Shown: positions 45,730 to 53,907 of the stretch, piece after piece
Numbering within the stretch: position 1 is the first letter of the stretch
Layout: each line of letters opens with the position of its first letter
Virus record (IMG/VR): IMGVR_UViG_3300022744_000020
Location: 186,001-250,000 of that record
Length of the DNA stretch: 64,000 nucleotides
Strand: one strand, 5' to 3'
The notes under the pieces: model-generated
The model's input: the letters and a program-made list of their open reading frames with translations, nothing else
Told to the model about the DNA's origin: nothing
Database searches by the model: none
Position numbers and translations under genes: made by a program

Positions 45730-48700
45730 ATGAAGCTCTCCACCTACCTCAAGAACTACGCTCCATCCCTGAAGATTGTGTTTTTCAAAGACTCCCCCTC
45801 TTGGGAAGACGAGTCCGCTGAAACAAAACTCACTTTTCAGAATTTGGGCCTTTTAAACCCTCAAGACGGGATCAAAATGGATGACTTCCTGAAAAAGAAT
45901 CAGTGTTGGGGTCTGTTTTTCAGCATGCAAGGGCGTCCGCGAGATACAGACGCCAGCACGATTCTGGGGGCTTTCCAATTCGGTCAGAATCCGGAGATCC
46001 TGCGCCGCTTGCCGAACGAGTGTTTGCTTTTCTGCGATGTTGAAATCACTCAGGAAGATCTCGACATCTTTGATGAGACACTGAAGCAGTCGGGAACCAA
46101 CATCGAGAACAACTGGTTTTCCACGAGGATCAAAGATCCGATGTTCGTGGATTGCCCGGAGCCACCAACCACCTGCGTGCTTCCCTCGGCTCCGGACGAG
46201 ATGATGTTGGCGGCATACATGCTGCGCTCTGCCGCTCGTCTCGGCGTGAAGCTTCTGAGAAGTGAGTCGGACCCGGACAGTATTCTGGTATTCCGTCCCA
46301 ATAGCTGTCCGGTCGATCCGATACATGTGCTGTTGAAAGCATGCGAGCTGAATTTCGACAAGAAAGAAGACCTCATTTTGTCACAGTTCGAGCTCACAAC
46401 GGGGAAGAGATTGACCCGTAACGAACTGGATCAATCTCCGATCTATTGTTTCACCGACGTCTCAATCACCGACGAGGACCTGATCGATGCTCGAAGGAAA
46501 ATGCCACAACTCTTGGCAGAAGATCGTCCGATCCTGGATTGGTTCATGGAAACTGTGAGCGGTGAGGTTGCCAAACCAGAAACCGTGAACAGTACCCCCG
46601 CCCCGGCTCCTCTTCTGAAAGATCTCATAATCGAAACCCATAAGAAAATCATAAAAGAGATCCTTCCCGCACCAACCGAAACTCGGGAAAAGGCTCTTGA
46701 TGAGGCACTGAAGAAAATGCATGAACGCGTCTTTGAAAAGGCCAGTCTTGCAAATGCATCGGAATGCATCCAAGGCCAAATCCCGTCGAAACAATCCGCG
46801 GAAGAAAACCCCATGAAAACTACGAAGCTCAGCGAATACATGGCCTTTGAAATCGGCCGCCTTGGTGGGATTGTCCTCCCGTCCGGGATCCACATGTACC
46901 CGTTTGTGGTCATGCTGCCGATGAGTATTCCGGTCATCGATGATCCGATCTGGTCCTGGCTCAATATGCCGATGGCTGGGTTTTGCAATCGGACTGCGTT
47001 CGGCAAGATATTTCAGGCGTTCCGAAGCCTCCCAGTAGGTCGATCCATCCTCCCTCCGTTTGGGAATTCTCCGCGATACGTCTTCGAGGAGGTGCTGATC
47101 ACCAAGCAAGATCTGGACATCGCTCAGGACGACACTCAGAAAATCGCACAGCGATATGGTCGTTACATGCGGCAATACTTCGTCCAGAAACCCAACACAT
47201 ATGCAGCAGCCCCAATGACGAATCCGTTCTTGTGCCAGCCCTCTGGCTTCATCCCGAGAAGTCCCTTTTCTCCTGAAAGCATTGCCCTCCCTCATTCTGA
47301 ATGGGAAGATTGTCGTCGTAGGATCAACCCCCAACCAGAACCCAGCATGTATCTCTCCGAGTATCTTGGAAAGACCCTCCACACCGTGAACGCGCCGTTT
47401 AATGTGTTGGGGTTCCCGAGCAATGGGCGCGATGCTGGACTGATTGTGAAATCGACAACAGCCATGCTAACGGCCAGCAGCGGTGTCGATCAGCAATGGA
47501 GGAACATAGTAACCAATGGCGCCTCTTGGGGCGAGAGGAACGTCAAGATCTTCGAAGCATTTCAAGTTCAGGCGTATGAGGGGCAGTTTGATTCCCTCCA
47601 TACGCGATACGCTGGGCCTTCCTCCAACATCTTTCTGGCTTTCCGTGATATCAAGATCACTCAGGCGGACATCGAACTCGCTCGTCAAGCGATGCGGCAG
47701 TTCACGGGGGTTCAAGCTACTCACCCGTGGCTTGGACTGGATCTTCCACTCAGTCCGACTTCTCAATTTACTGGAGTCTCCGAACCCATGAAAACCAACC
47801 CTTTCCCGCGCATGGGGATGTATGAAACAAAAATCCACACCCTGGGCTCGTACCTTCGTCGGTCGCTGGAGCGCTCGACGTCCCAATTGTCCGTCATCCA
47901 GCTTCGTCAACTGGGTACCGCGGCAATTGTCCAGCATGGTGCCCTGAGTGGAGAAAACGCGTATCTGTGGCCAGCCTGGATGGGGGTAATTACTCTTTCA
48001 GACGCATCGTCACTGTACTGTAATCCTATTTTCCGGGCTTTCTTACACGTTATCCCTGATACCAGCCGCAACTGGATGCGCATGAGTGGTAATCATGATC
48101 TGGTCTTGGGGTATTTTCACGATTACGTGATCACTCAGAAAGACCTCGAGCATGCGCGACAATACATGACCCTGGATGGGAAGCCTCATCCGTGGTTAAA
48201 AATGGACCTCGAAGAACTCGAACCCGCGAAGCTCGGACTCTACCAGTATCTCCGTCGCGAGGTGGAAAACTGCAACAATCGGTTCCGTGTTGTCCTGCGC
48301 ACCAATCAGGATCAGTCAGTTGGAGTGATCTGCTACGACTATGACAAGGAAGACGATGGGGATGGATCGGCTTACAACTGGGCCATCGCTGTTTACAACT
48401 ACCGGCAGCAAAATCGCCATGATTCCGTCATCTTCAACATGTTCCTGAACGGACTGAGAACGAAAGACTTCTACAACGAACGCCCGAAGAGTCGCGCTGA
48501 TTTCATCTTCCTCAACGCCGACATCAGCCAGTTGGACATTGACAAAGCACGTCAGGTTTATCAAGAGGTGACCAAAATGACTCAGGTACATCCCTGGCTT
48601 ATTTCGGACCTCGTCAAGGGCGTGGTTTTCACCGGACAGCCGATTGCGCCGTCACAAGCTGGTTATGTTCCCATCCCGCCAACGCAGCCGGGACCGCAGT

Positions 48701-49068
48701 TCGTGACGGAAAGTGGCTGGAAGCCGATCCCAATCCCGGAATGGGCGCGGACCATCCGAGAAGAAGCCATGGATCAAGCATTTCCTCATCGTCGGGATCA
48801 GTCCAATTTGGCAGAGGCGGCAAAGGTCCAAGCTATCTTTGGTCTGGTTGAAAACCTGAGTCATGGCGCACGATGCGTGCTGAGGACCCTGAAAGAAGTC
48901 GGGGCCACTGCTGCTAGTTCGATCATTGAGACCCATGGACTGAAGGCTTTGGAGGAAGCCAGGTTTGTTCTGCGATTCCGCAGCCAAGGAGAAAGTCACG
49001 TGTCGATCAATAAAGACGGTGTGATAGCACTGAAGATGCTGAAGGTCCTCTTTCCGAATGAGGGATAA
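45730..49068 (+). CDS. 1112-aa protein with six divergent tandem domains and a C-terminal winged-helix-like domain
   Basis: Six L[SAGY]xY[LM] ... F.D..IT..D[LI]..A units. Confidence 0.85.
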   Translation: MKLSTYLKNYAPSLKIVFFKDSPSWEDESAETKLTFQNLGLLNPQDGIKMDDFLKKNQCWGLFFSMQGRPRDTDASTILGAFQFGQNPEILRRLPNECLLFCDVEITQEDLDIFDETLKQSGTNIENNWFSTRIKDPMFVDCPEPPTTCVLPSAPDEMMLAAYMLRSAARLGVKLLRSESDPDSILVFRPNSCPVDPIHVLLKACELNFDKKEDLILSQFELTTGKRLTRNELDQSPIYCFTDVSITDEDLIDARRKMPQLLAEDRPILDWFMETVSGEVAKPETVNSTPAPAPLLKDLIIETHKKIIKEILPAPTETREKALDEALKKMHERVFEKASLANASECIQGQIPSKQSAEENPMKTTKLSEYMAFEIGRLGGIVLPSGIHMYPFVVMLPMSIPVIDDPIWSWLNMPMAGFCNRTAFGKIFQAFRSLPVGRSILPPFGNSPRYVFEEVLITKQDLDIAQDDTQKIAQRYGRYMRQYFVQKPNTYAAAPMTNPFLCQPSGFIPRSPFSPESIALPHSEWEDCRRRINPQPEPSMYLSEYLGKTLHTVNAPFNVLGFPSNGRDAGLIVKSTTAMLTASSGVDQQWRNIVTNGASWGERNVKIFEAFQVQAYEGQFDSLHTRYAGPSSNIFLAFRDIKITQADIELARQAMRQFTGVQATHPWLGLDLPLSPTSQFTGVSEPMKTNPFPRMGMYETKIHTLGSYLRRSLERSTSQLSVIQLRQLGTAAIVQHGALSGENAYLWPAWMGVITLSDASSLYCNPIFRAFLHVIPDTSRNWMRMSGNHDLVLGYFHDYVITQKDLEHARQYMTLDGKPHPWLKMDLEELEPAKLGLYQYLRREVENCNNRFRVVLRTNQDQSVGVICYDYDKEDDGDGSAYNWAIAVYNYRQQNRHDSVIFNMFLNGLRTKDFYNERPKSRADFIFLNADISQLDIDKARQVYQEVTKMTQVHPWLISDLVKGVVFTGQPIAPSQAGYVPIPPTQPGPQFVTESGWKPIPIPEWARTIREEAMDQAFPHRRDQSNLAEAAKVQAIFGLVENLSHGARCVLRTLKEVGATAASSIIETHGLKALEEARFVLRFRSQGESHVSINKDGVIALKMLKVLFPNEG

Positions 49069-49084
49069 AATCCCCTGATGGAAT

Positions 49085-49135
49085 GCTACTACCCTGGACG
49101 CCAAAAGCGTCCAGGGTAGTAGCTCCTTCTTTTTT
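49085..49135 (+). terminator. Long terminator hairpin, CAAAA loop
   Basis: GCTACTACCCTGGACGC-CAAAA-GCGTCCAGGGTAGTAGC plus T-rich tail. Confidence 0.85.
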
Positions 49136-49189
49136 ATATCGTTCCGGCATTTTGTACAAATCCACCACACCGATCGCTGGAGCTTACCC

Positions 49190-49975
49190 ATGATTTCCTT
49201 GCAACTCGCTTCAAAGAAAGAAGCTTTTGATTTCTTCCCTGGCTTTGAAGACATCTGGCCCTCCAAATGGAGCGAGCAAGCCATGGTCGCTACAACCGAC
49301 TGGACTCTTGATGAAGCCGATGGAGAGATTTTCTACATTCTTAACGACGGCAAGAAGATTGGAATTACTGGCTGGTGGCCGTTATCCGAATCAATGGCCG
49401 GGCTTCGCTGGCATGGCGTCATCCCTGAATGCCGAGGTCATGGATTTGGAAAGCAAGCGCTTATTTACCTTACCAATCGTCTTGCTTCAAACTACAAAAA
49501 ATTGATCGAAGTCACCATGAGTGATGCACCGATCAAGTTCTTTCGTTCTTTCGGATTCGAAGAAATTACGGACCCGATCTTGATTGAATTTACCAAGAAA
49601 TTGGTAGGGGATTACGGACATCGTTTTTTGGAATTTCGATTGGAGGAGAAGCGGATCTCGTACAAAGACTACGACTATCCGTGGGATTGTGTCAGCGTGT
49701 TTAAGCTGACCACAGAACATTGGGGCCCCTCTTATCGGCTGGATCAATACTGGCGTGGGTTGGGTCCTGGCCAGAATCTTTTTGTGGAAGTTTCATATTT
49801 CAAACTAGGAACTGAGAATAACGACCACAAGGTTTTGGTTCGTGGTGGGGACGCCGGTGGAATGGAGCGTACGTTCCCAGGACGGGCGGCAGCAAAAGAG
49901 TTCTTTGATAAAATTGTGGAGTTGCCAAGGGTTAACGGAGCAGAACTCAAAGCCCTAGGCTTCACCTACATTTAA
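49190..49975 (+). CDS. GNAT acetyltransferase fused to an unknown C-terminal domain
   Basis: WHGVIPECRGHGFGK motif A; FFRSFGF motif B. Confidence 0.8.
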   Translation: MISLQLASKKEAFDFFPGFEDIWPSKWSEQAMVATTDWTLDEADGEIFYILNDGKKIGITGWWPLSESMAGLRWHGVIPECRGHGFGKQALIYLTNRLASNYKKLIEVTMSDAPIKFFRSFGFEEITDPILIEFTKKLVGDYGHRFLEFRLEEKRISYKDYDYPWDCVSVFKLTTEHWGPSYRLDQYWRGLGPGQNLFVEVSYFKLGTENNDHKVLVRGGDAGGMERTFPGRAAAKEFFDKIVELPRVNGAELKALGFTYI

Positions 49976-50006
49976 GATGGTGTAGTCACATTCCAAAAAT
50001 TCATGG

Positions 50007-50072
50007 TCATATATACTCTCATTGAATCGCAAAGCAATTTCGCATAACGATTCACCCTCCTGAGAAAAAGGA
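50007..50072 (+). promoter_or_regulatory. Promoter-like motif, 5' hairpin and RBS hairpin TCCT-GAGAAAA-AGGA
   Basis: TCATATATACTCTCATTGAATC; GAATCG/CGATTC stem; RBS hairpin at 50058-50072. Confidence 0.65.
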
Positions 50073-50078
50073 ACTTTT

Positions 50079-50360
50079 ATGACCATCGTCGTTACCACCT
50101 CCGCACACGCTCTTCAGTTCATGACCGACCTCCGGGTCGGTGTGATTGGGTATGCCAAGGCGACCATCTCGGAGGCAATGGAGGAGCTGGCAGAAGCTGC
50201 TCAAATGGGTAATCGAGTTGTTCTCTTCAACGTCGGGGAGGACTCCCTGGTGGAAGGAATCCCCTTCGTCATTGAAACGGATGCTGAGAAGATCAGCGGC
50301 GTCCGACAGGTGTTCATTCGTCCCCAGTCTCTGGCAGATGTTTGGATGATCCTGGAGTAA
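50079..50360 (+). CDS. Hypothetical protein
   Basis: Monocistronic between promoter motif and terminator. Confidence 0.75.
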   Translation: MTIVVTTSAHALQFMTDLRVGVIGYAKATISEAMEELAEAAQMGNRVVLFNVGEDSLVEGIPFVIETDAEKISGVRQVFIRPQSLADVWMILE

Positions 50361-50369
50361 TCTCTGGGT

Positions 50370-50400
50370 GGATGGGGCTTCGGCCCCTCCTTAATTTTTT
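50370..50400 (+). terminator. Terminator
   Basis: GGATGGGGC-TTCG-GCCCCTCC followed by T-rich sequence. Confidence 0.8.
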
Positions 50401-50417
50401 CTTGGAAGGAAGATCAA

Positions 50418-50843
50418 ATGCACGACGGAAGTATTCCTAGCTGGAAAAATTTCGGCACAGATAGCGTTCAGCGCCGTCCCTCAAAACCAACCCAGCCCGA
50501 TCCACTTTACCCCTTTTGCGAGCCGGTGGAAATGGTCATGACTGAGAACGGACCAAGACAGGCTGAAACGGATTTAATGAAATTCAAGCGCACCGGTAAC
50601 GCCCTCTGCGCGGCAAAGCTTTTGTCCGATCAAATACTTCAGGACCTGAAAAAGCCGGAGATCAAAATTCGTCGAGATTATCTCGAATGGCTTCTGGCCT
50701 ATTTAGAGGTTGATTGGGACTCGATCATGGAAAGTAACAACCGAGCTACTCGGAATGTGAATGATTTAATGGAGCGAGCCCAAGAAAACAAAGAAAACCA
50801 AAAGCTCGTGGTGGCCAGACTCGCAACCATTAGAAAAGATTAA
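50418..50843 (+). CDS. Hypothetical protein
   Basis: ORF with RBS. Confidence 0.7.
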   Translation: MHDGSIPSWKNFGTDSVQRRPSKPTQPDPLYPFCEPVEMVMTENGPRQAETDLMKFKRTGNALCAAKLLSDQILQDLKKPEIKIRRDYLEWLLAYLEVDWDSIMESNNRATRNVNDLMERAQENKENQKLVVARLATIRKD

Positions 50844-50846
50844 GAT

Positions 50847-50882
50847 CCTATATCATCGATCTGGATAATCCAAATCCAGATC
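50847..50882 (+). promoter_or_regulatory. Promoter-like motif plus 5' hairpin
   Basis: CCTATATCATC, then GATCTGGAT/ATCCAGATC. Confidence 0.55.
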
Positions 50883-50901
50883 AACCAAACCAACCGCCAT
50901 C

Positions 50902-51774
50902 ATGACCATTCCTACCGTCTACTCCCAAGCCCGCCCGCAGATCTTTACCGAGGAGGAAATCGCACAGATGACTCCCGTCAATCAACTCGCTTACGCGCGA
51001 CTGAAAAGACTCAATCCGGAGGAGGAAGCAGGCTTCTTCCGCTGGAGCGCCGGCTCGTTGGCCTTTGATTCCGATGTGGAGAACCATCCCTGCTGGGGCC
51101 ACATCTACGCCAATCGGATCCGTGAATTATTGGTGGGGCTCAAAGATGAGAATCTCTACGTTGAGGTGTTTGACATGGGGGAGTTCTGGGTCTACAACCT
51201 TCAGCTCAACAACCCTCAGCAATGGAAGATTCTCAATCAGGGGGTCTACCACTTTCAGACGGAATACCAGCAAAGTTTTGGCCATGTGTCGTCGGACGCA
51301 GATACCATGACGGTGATGTACAAATCCCGACCCATGGGCCCGGTTCCGGATCACAGCATCGATGCCTGGTGGATCTCGGACAGCTTGTTGACCCGCATGG
51401 TCGACTACTGGTCGGCCAAGAAGTATTTCCAGCGGCTGGAAACTCAGCAGCACCGATACGAAGTAGCCCCCATTACCCGGCTCATTTTGGAGTCGAGCAA
51501 CGGAGAAAAGAAACTGGTGGACATTTCCGGGCTTGTCGGCATGTTCCATTACGGGGACGAGGGTTCTGTGAGGCTGGCCTTTCGGTATTTGGACAACCAG
51601 AGAGACACTGGCTTGGAGGTGGGTACCAAGGAAGCCGCTGATCGTTACCAGAAGTTCATTTTGGACGAGTTGGCTGCTCAGGGGGTTCCCGTTCTGAACA
51701 ACAAGGCACCGGATCTGAAGGCGTTCTATCCCGCTCAAAACTACCGTCGATCTGCCCCGCTAATCCTCAGATAA
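50902..51774 (+). CDS. Hypothetical protein
   Basis: 290-aa ORF; C-terminus weakly resembles family A. Confidence 0.8.
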   Translation: MTIPTVYSQARPQIFTEEEIAQMTPVNQLAYARLKRLNPEEEAGFFRWSAGSLAFDSDVENHPCWGHIYANRIRELLVGLKDENLYVEVFDMGEFWVYNLQLNNPQQWKILNQGVYHFQTEYQQSFGHVSSDADTMTVMYKSRPMGPVPDHSIDAWWISDSLLTRMVDYWSAKKYFQRLETQQHRYEVAPITRLILESSNGEKKLVDISGLVGMFHYGDEGSVRLAFRYLDNQRDTGLEVGTKEAADRYQKFILDELAAQGVPVLNNKAPDLKAFYPAQNYRRSAPLILR

Positions 51775-51805
51775 GCCTCAAAAACTGAAGCTTTAAGACA
51801 GCTCA

Positions 51806-51850
51806 ATACTGCCCCTTCCTCAAAAAGGAAGGGGCAGTATGCTTTTCTTT
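51806..51850 (+). terminator. Long terminator hairpin, CAAAA loop
   Basis: ATACTGCCCCTTCCT-CAAAA-AGGAAGGGGCAGTAT plus T-rich tail. Confidence 0.85.
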
Positions 51851-51904
51851 TTCTTTTATTCTCTGCCGGCAAGTAAATTCTCAAACTTAACCAGGAGTGC
51901 ATCC

Positions 51905-52495
51905 ATGCAACCCCTTAAGCAATTGATTTTATTGCTGTGTTTTCTGTTCAGCACCAATGCGTTCAGTCACACACCGCAGTGGATAACTCACCAAACTAAA
52001 GGCCGAGTAAGTCAATCTCTGGCTGTAAAAATTGTCTCTTTTGTGCATGCCTACTCACTCAAGCGGGATCTAGATCCTGACTTGGTGTTTCGGTTCATCA
52101 CGGTGGAGTCAGGGTTTCGATACAATGCATTATCCAAAGCCAACGCTCGTGGATATATGCAAGTAGTACCACAGTACCACCCTGAAAAAATAAGAGGTCG
52201 CAACCTCTTTGATCTCGAAACCAACATTGAAGTTGGGACGGCAGTGTTTCAAGAATATCTACTCAAGTATGGTGACGTTGATAAAGCCATTCGCGCTTAT
52301 CAAGGAAATCATCGCAGTGATGTCTACTTGAACAAAATTCGAGCAGTCAAGTTTATTGACTATCCGAATTACTACCCCAACACATCCCTCATTCCTGTCG
52401 AGTCGAATGCTGTAGATTTTAATGAACCTACATCATCAATTTGCGACGAGTTAGATCACTACGCTTGCATGCCTGACGAATTGCGTCGGCCATAA
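51905..52495 (+). CDS. Secreted SLT-domain lytic transglycosylase
   Basis: Signal peptide; ITVESGF (catalytic Glu), ARGYMQV, AIRAYQG. Confidence 0.88.
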   Translation: MQPLKQLILLLCFLFSTNAFSHTPQWITHQTKGRVSQSLAVKIVSFVHAYSLKRDLDPDLVFRFITVESGFRYNALSKANARGYMQVVPQYHPEKIRGRNLFDLETNIEVGTAVFQEYLLKYGDVDKAIRAYQGNHRSDVYLNKIRAVKFIDYPNYYPNTSLIPVESNAVDFNEPTSSICDELDHYACMPDELRRP

Positions 52496-52563
52496 GCTTT
52501 TGATCTCTGCTCTGACGCAAATGTAAAACTCTTCATGCGCTAAGCGCAGAAAGAAATAGCCCC

Positions 52564-53103
52564 GTGATCAAATCACTCAAATGGGTCTTGATGACCCTGA
52601 TTTTAAGTCTTTCGATTCCCTGCTTCCCGATGTCGGTGCAGTGGATTCAGTATGCGTCGTCAAACCGCATCGATCCCATCCGGGCAGTTTACCTCAAAGA
52701 CATGATTGCCAGGATCGCCAAAGAGAAAGGCGTGCCGGTAAAGCTGGCGCATCAACTGATCTCTACCGAATCTGCATACATTGCCCGAGCCAAGCACGGC
52801 CCAGCAGTAGGAATGACCCAGGTCATTCCTAGGTTCCATCAAGATCGATTCTTGACTGGAAACTATTACAACGAGGAAAACAACGTCCGAGCCGGGTTGG
52901 ATTATTTGGCAGAGTGTTTGGAAGATGCTCACGGTAATCAGGCGGTCGCTCTGGCTCTGTACAACCGAGGACCGCATCGATACGCATACGCCAGCAAAGT
53001 CCTTCGGGTGAACTTCAAGATACCAGCTTCATTCCATCGCTCTCAAGCAAAGAAACAATTGTATGCGAGCCGCGACGTGAGTCGACCACGGAGCAAGGGA
53101 TAA
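52564..53103 (+). CDS. Second secreted SLT-domain lytic transglycosylase
   Basis: Signal peptide; ISTESAY, AVGMTQV, ALALYNRG. Confidence 0.85.
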   Translation: MIKSLKWVLMTLILSLSIPCFPMSVQWIQYASSNRIDPIRAVYLKDMIARIAKEKGVPVKLAHQLISTESAYIARAKHGPAVGMTQVIPRFHQDRFLTGNYYNEENNVRAGLDYLAECLEDAHGNQAVALALYNRGPHRYAYASKVLRVNFKIPASFHRSQAKKQLYASRDVSRPRSKG

Positions 53104-53149
53104 CTCCGATCATCTTGCTCTGACCGCTTGGTATCTCAACCTTGCTAAA

Positions 53150-53460
53150 TCAGTGTACTCTTCTGTTATCGAGAGTAATCGTGACGGGTGAAGACTGGGC
53201 TCGCCGGCCCCTCAAGTCGTGTCCTGTAACCCATGATCTGCTTTGAAATGAGTAGCACGGCAATTGTTCGGGATAGCCCCACCCAAGCCCAAACGCCATC
53301 GAGGTGAATGGACTAAGATAAGTAAACTCAGTGGGGCTCTTACGGTTGTATGCACGCACGCGACAACTCGTGAATTTACAGAGTGCGCAAATAAGAAATT
53401 ATTTGTTTTGCACATCTGTTGCGTGAAGACGTCGAGTGATGTTCTTCTAGGGTGCACGTT
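53150..53460 (+). ncRNA. Candidate ~310-nt structured ncRNA
   Basis: Intergenic; helices TACTCTT/GAGAGTA, GACT/AGTC around GGGC/GCCC, AGCCCCAC/GTGGGGCT, nested ACTCG/CGAGT, ACAGA/TCTGT, CAAATAA-GAAA-TTATTTG. Confidence 0.45.
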
Positions 53461-53473
53461 TTGGAGGCGGATC

Positions 53474-53698
53474 ATGGAAAGATTCGAGGTATGGATTTCA
53501 ACATTCTGGGGAATGGGGCAGATCCAGCGTTCTCGACGGGTGTACGTCTGTCAGGCTAAGACTTTTGACGAGGCGTGCTCAAAATTTGTCGAAAGATACC
53601 CCGAGTACCGAGAAGGTTGGAAGCCAGAGTCGCGACAAATTGGCTGGGATCAAAAGCTTTTCCCTTCCAAGAAAGAAGCAGACGCGTACTTGAGATAA
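53474..53698 (+). CDS. Small hypothetical protein (74 aa)
   Basis: GGAGG RBS before MERFEVW. Confidence 0.7.
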   Translation: MERFEVWISTFWGMGQIQRSRRVYVCQAKTFDEACSKFVERYPEYREGWKPESRQIGWDQKLFPSKKEADAYLR

Positions 53699-53708
53699 GG
53701 GATTTTCA

Positions 53709-53796
53709 GGGTCCTGTCCCAACACCGGCCTTCTAAGCCGGCGACATAAAACGGTTGGACGGAAGTCAAGAAGTTCGATTCTTCCAGGACCCCCCA
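53709..53796 (+). tRNA. Atypical tRNA-like RNA, Arg(UCU) anticodon arm, no D arm
   Basis: GGGTCCTG/CAGGACCC acceptor, CCGGC-CTTCTAA-GCCGG, GAAG-TTCGATT-CTTC T arm, 3' C-CCA. Confidence 0.7.
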
Positions 53797-53805
53797 AGTC
53801 ACCTG

Positions 53806-53862
53806 TCATACATTCACTCCAGAGTCCAAAAGACTCTGGAGTGAATGTATGATGCTTTTTTT
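53806..53862 (+). terminator. Long terminator hairpin, CAAAA loop
   Basis: 21-bp perfect stem TCATACATTCACTCCAGAGTC/GACTCTGGAGTGAATGTATGA plus T run. Confidence 0.88.
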
Positions 53863-53907
53863 ATGCCGATCTAAAATAGGGTACAACCTCCTTGGAGAAA
53901 TAGAAGC

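Noticed and set aside
53264-53473. Upstream extension of the 53474 ORF from a TTG at 53264
   Set aside because: A strong GGAGG sits before ATG 53474, while the extension has no RBS and overlaps the structured region
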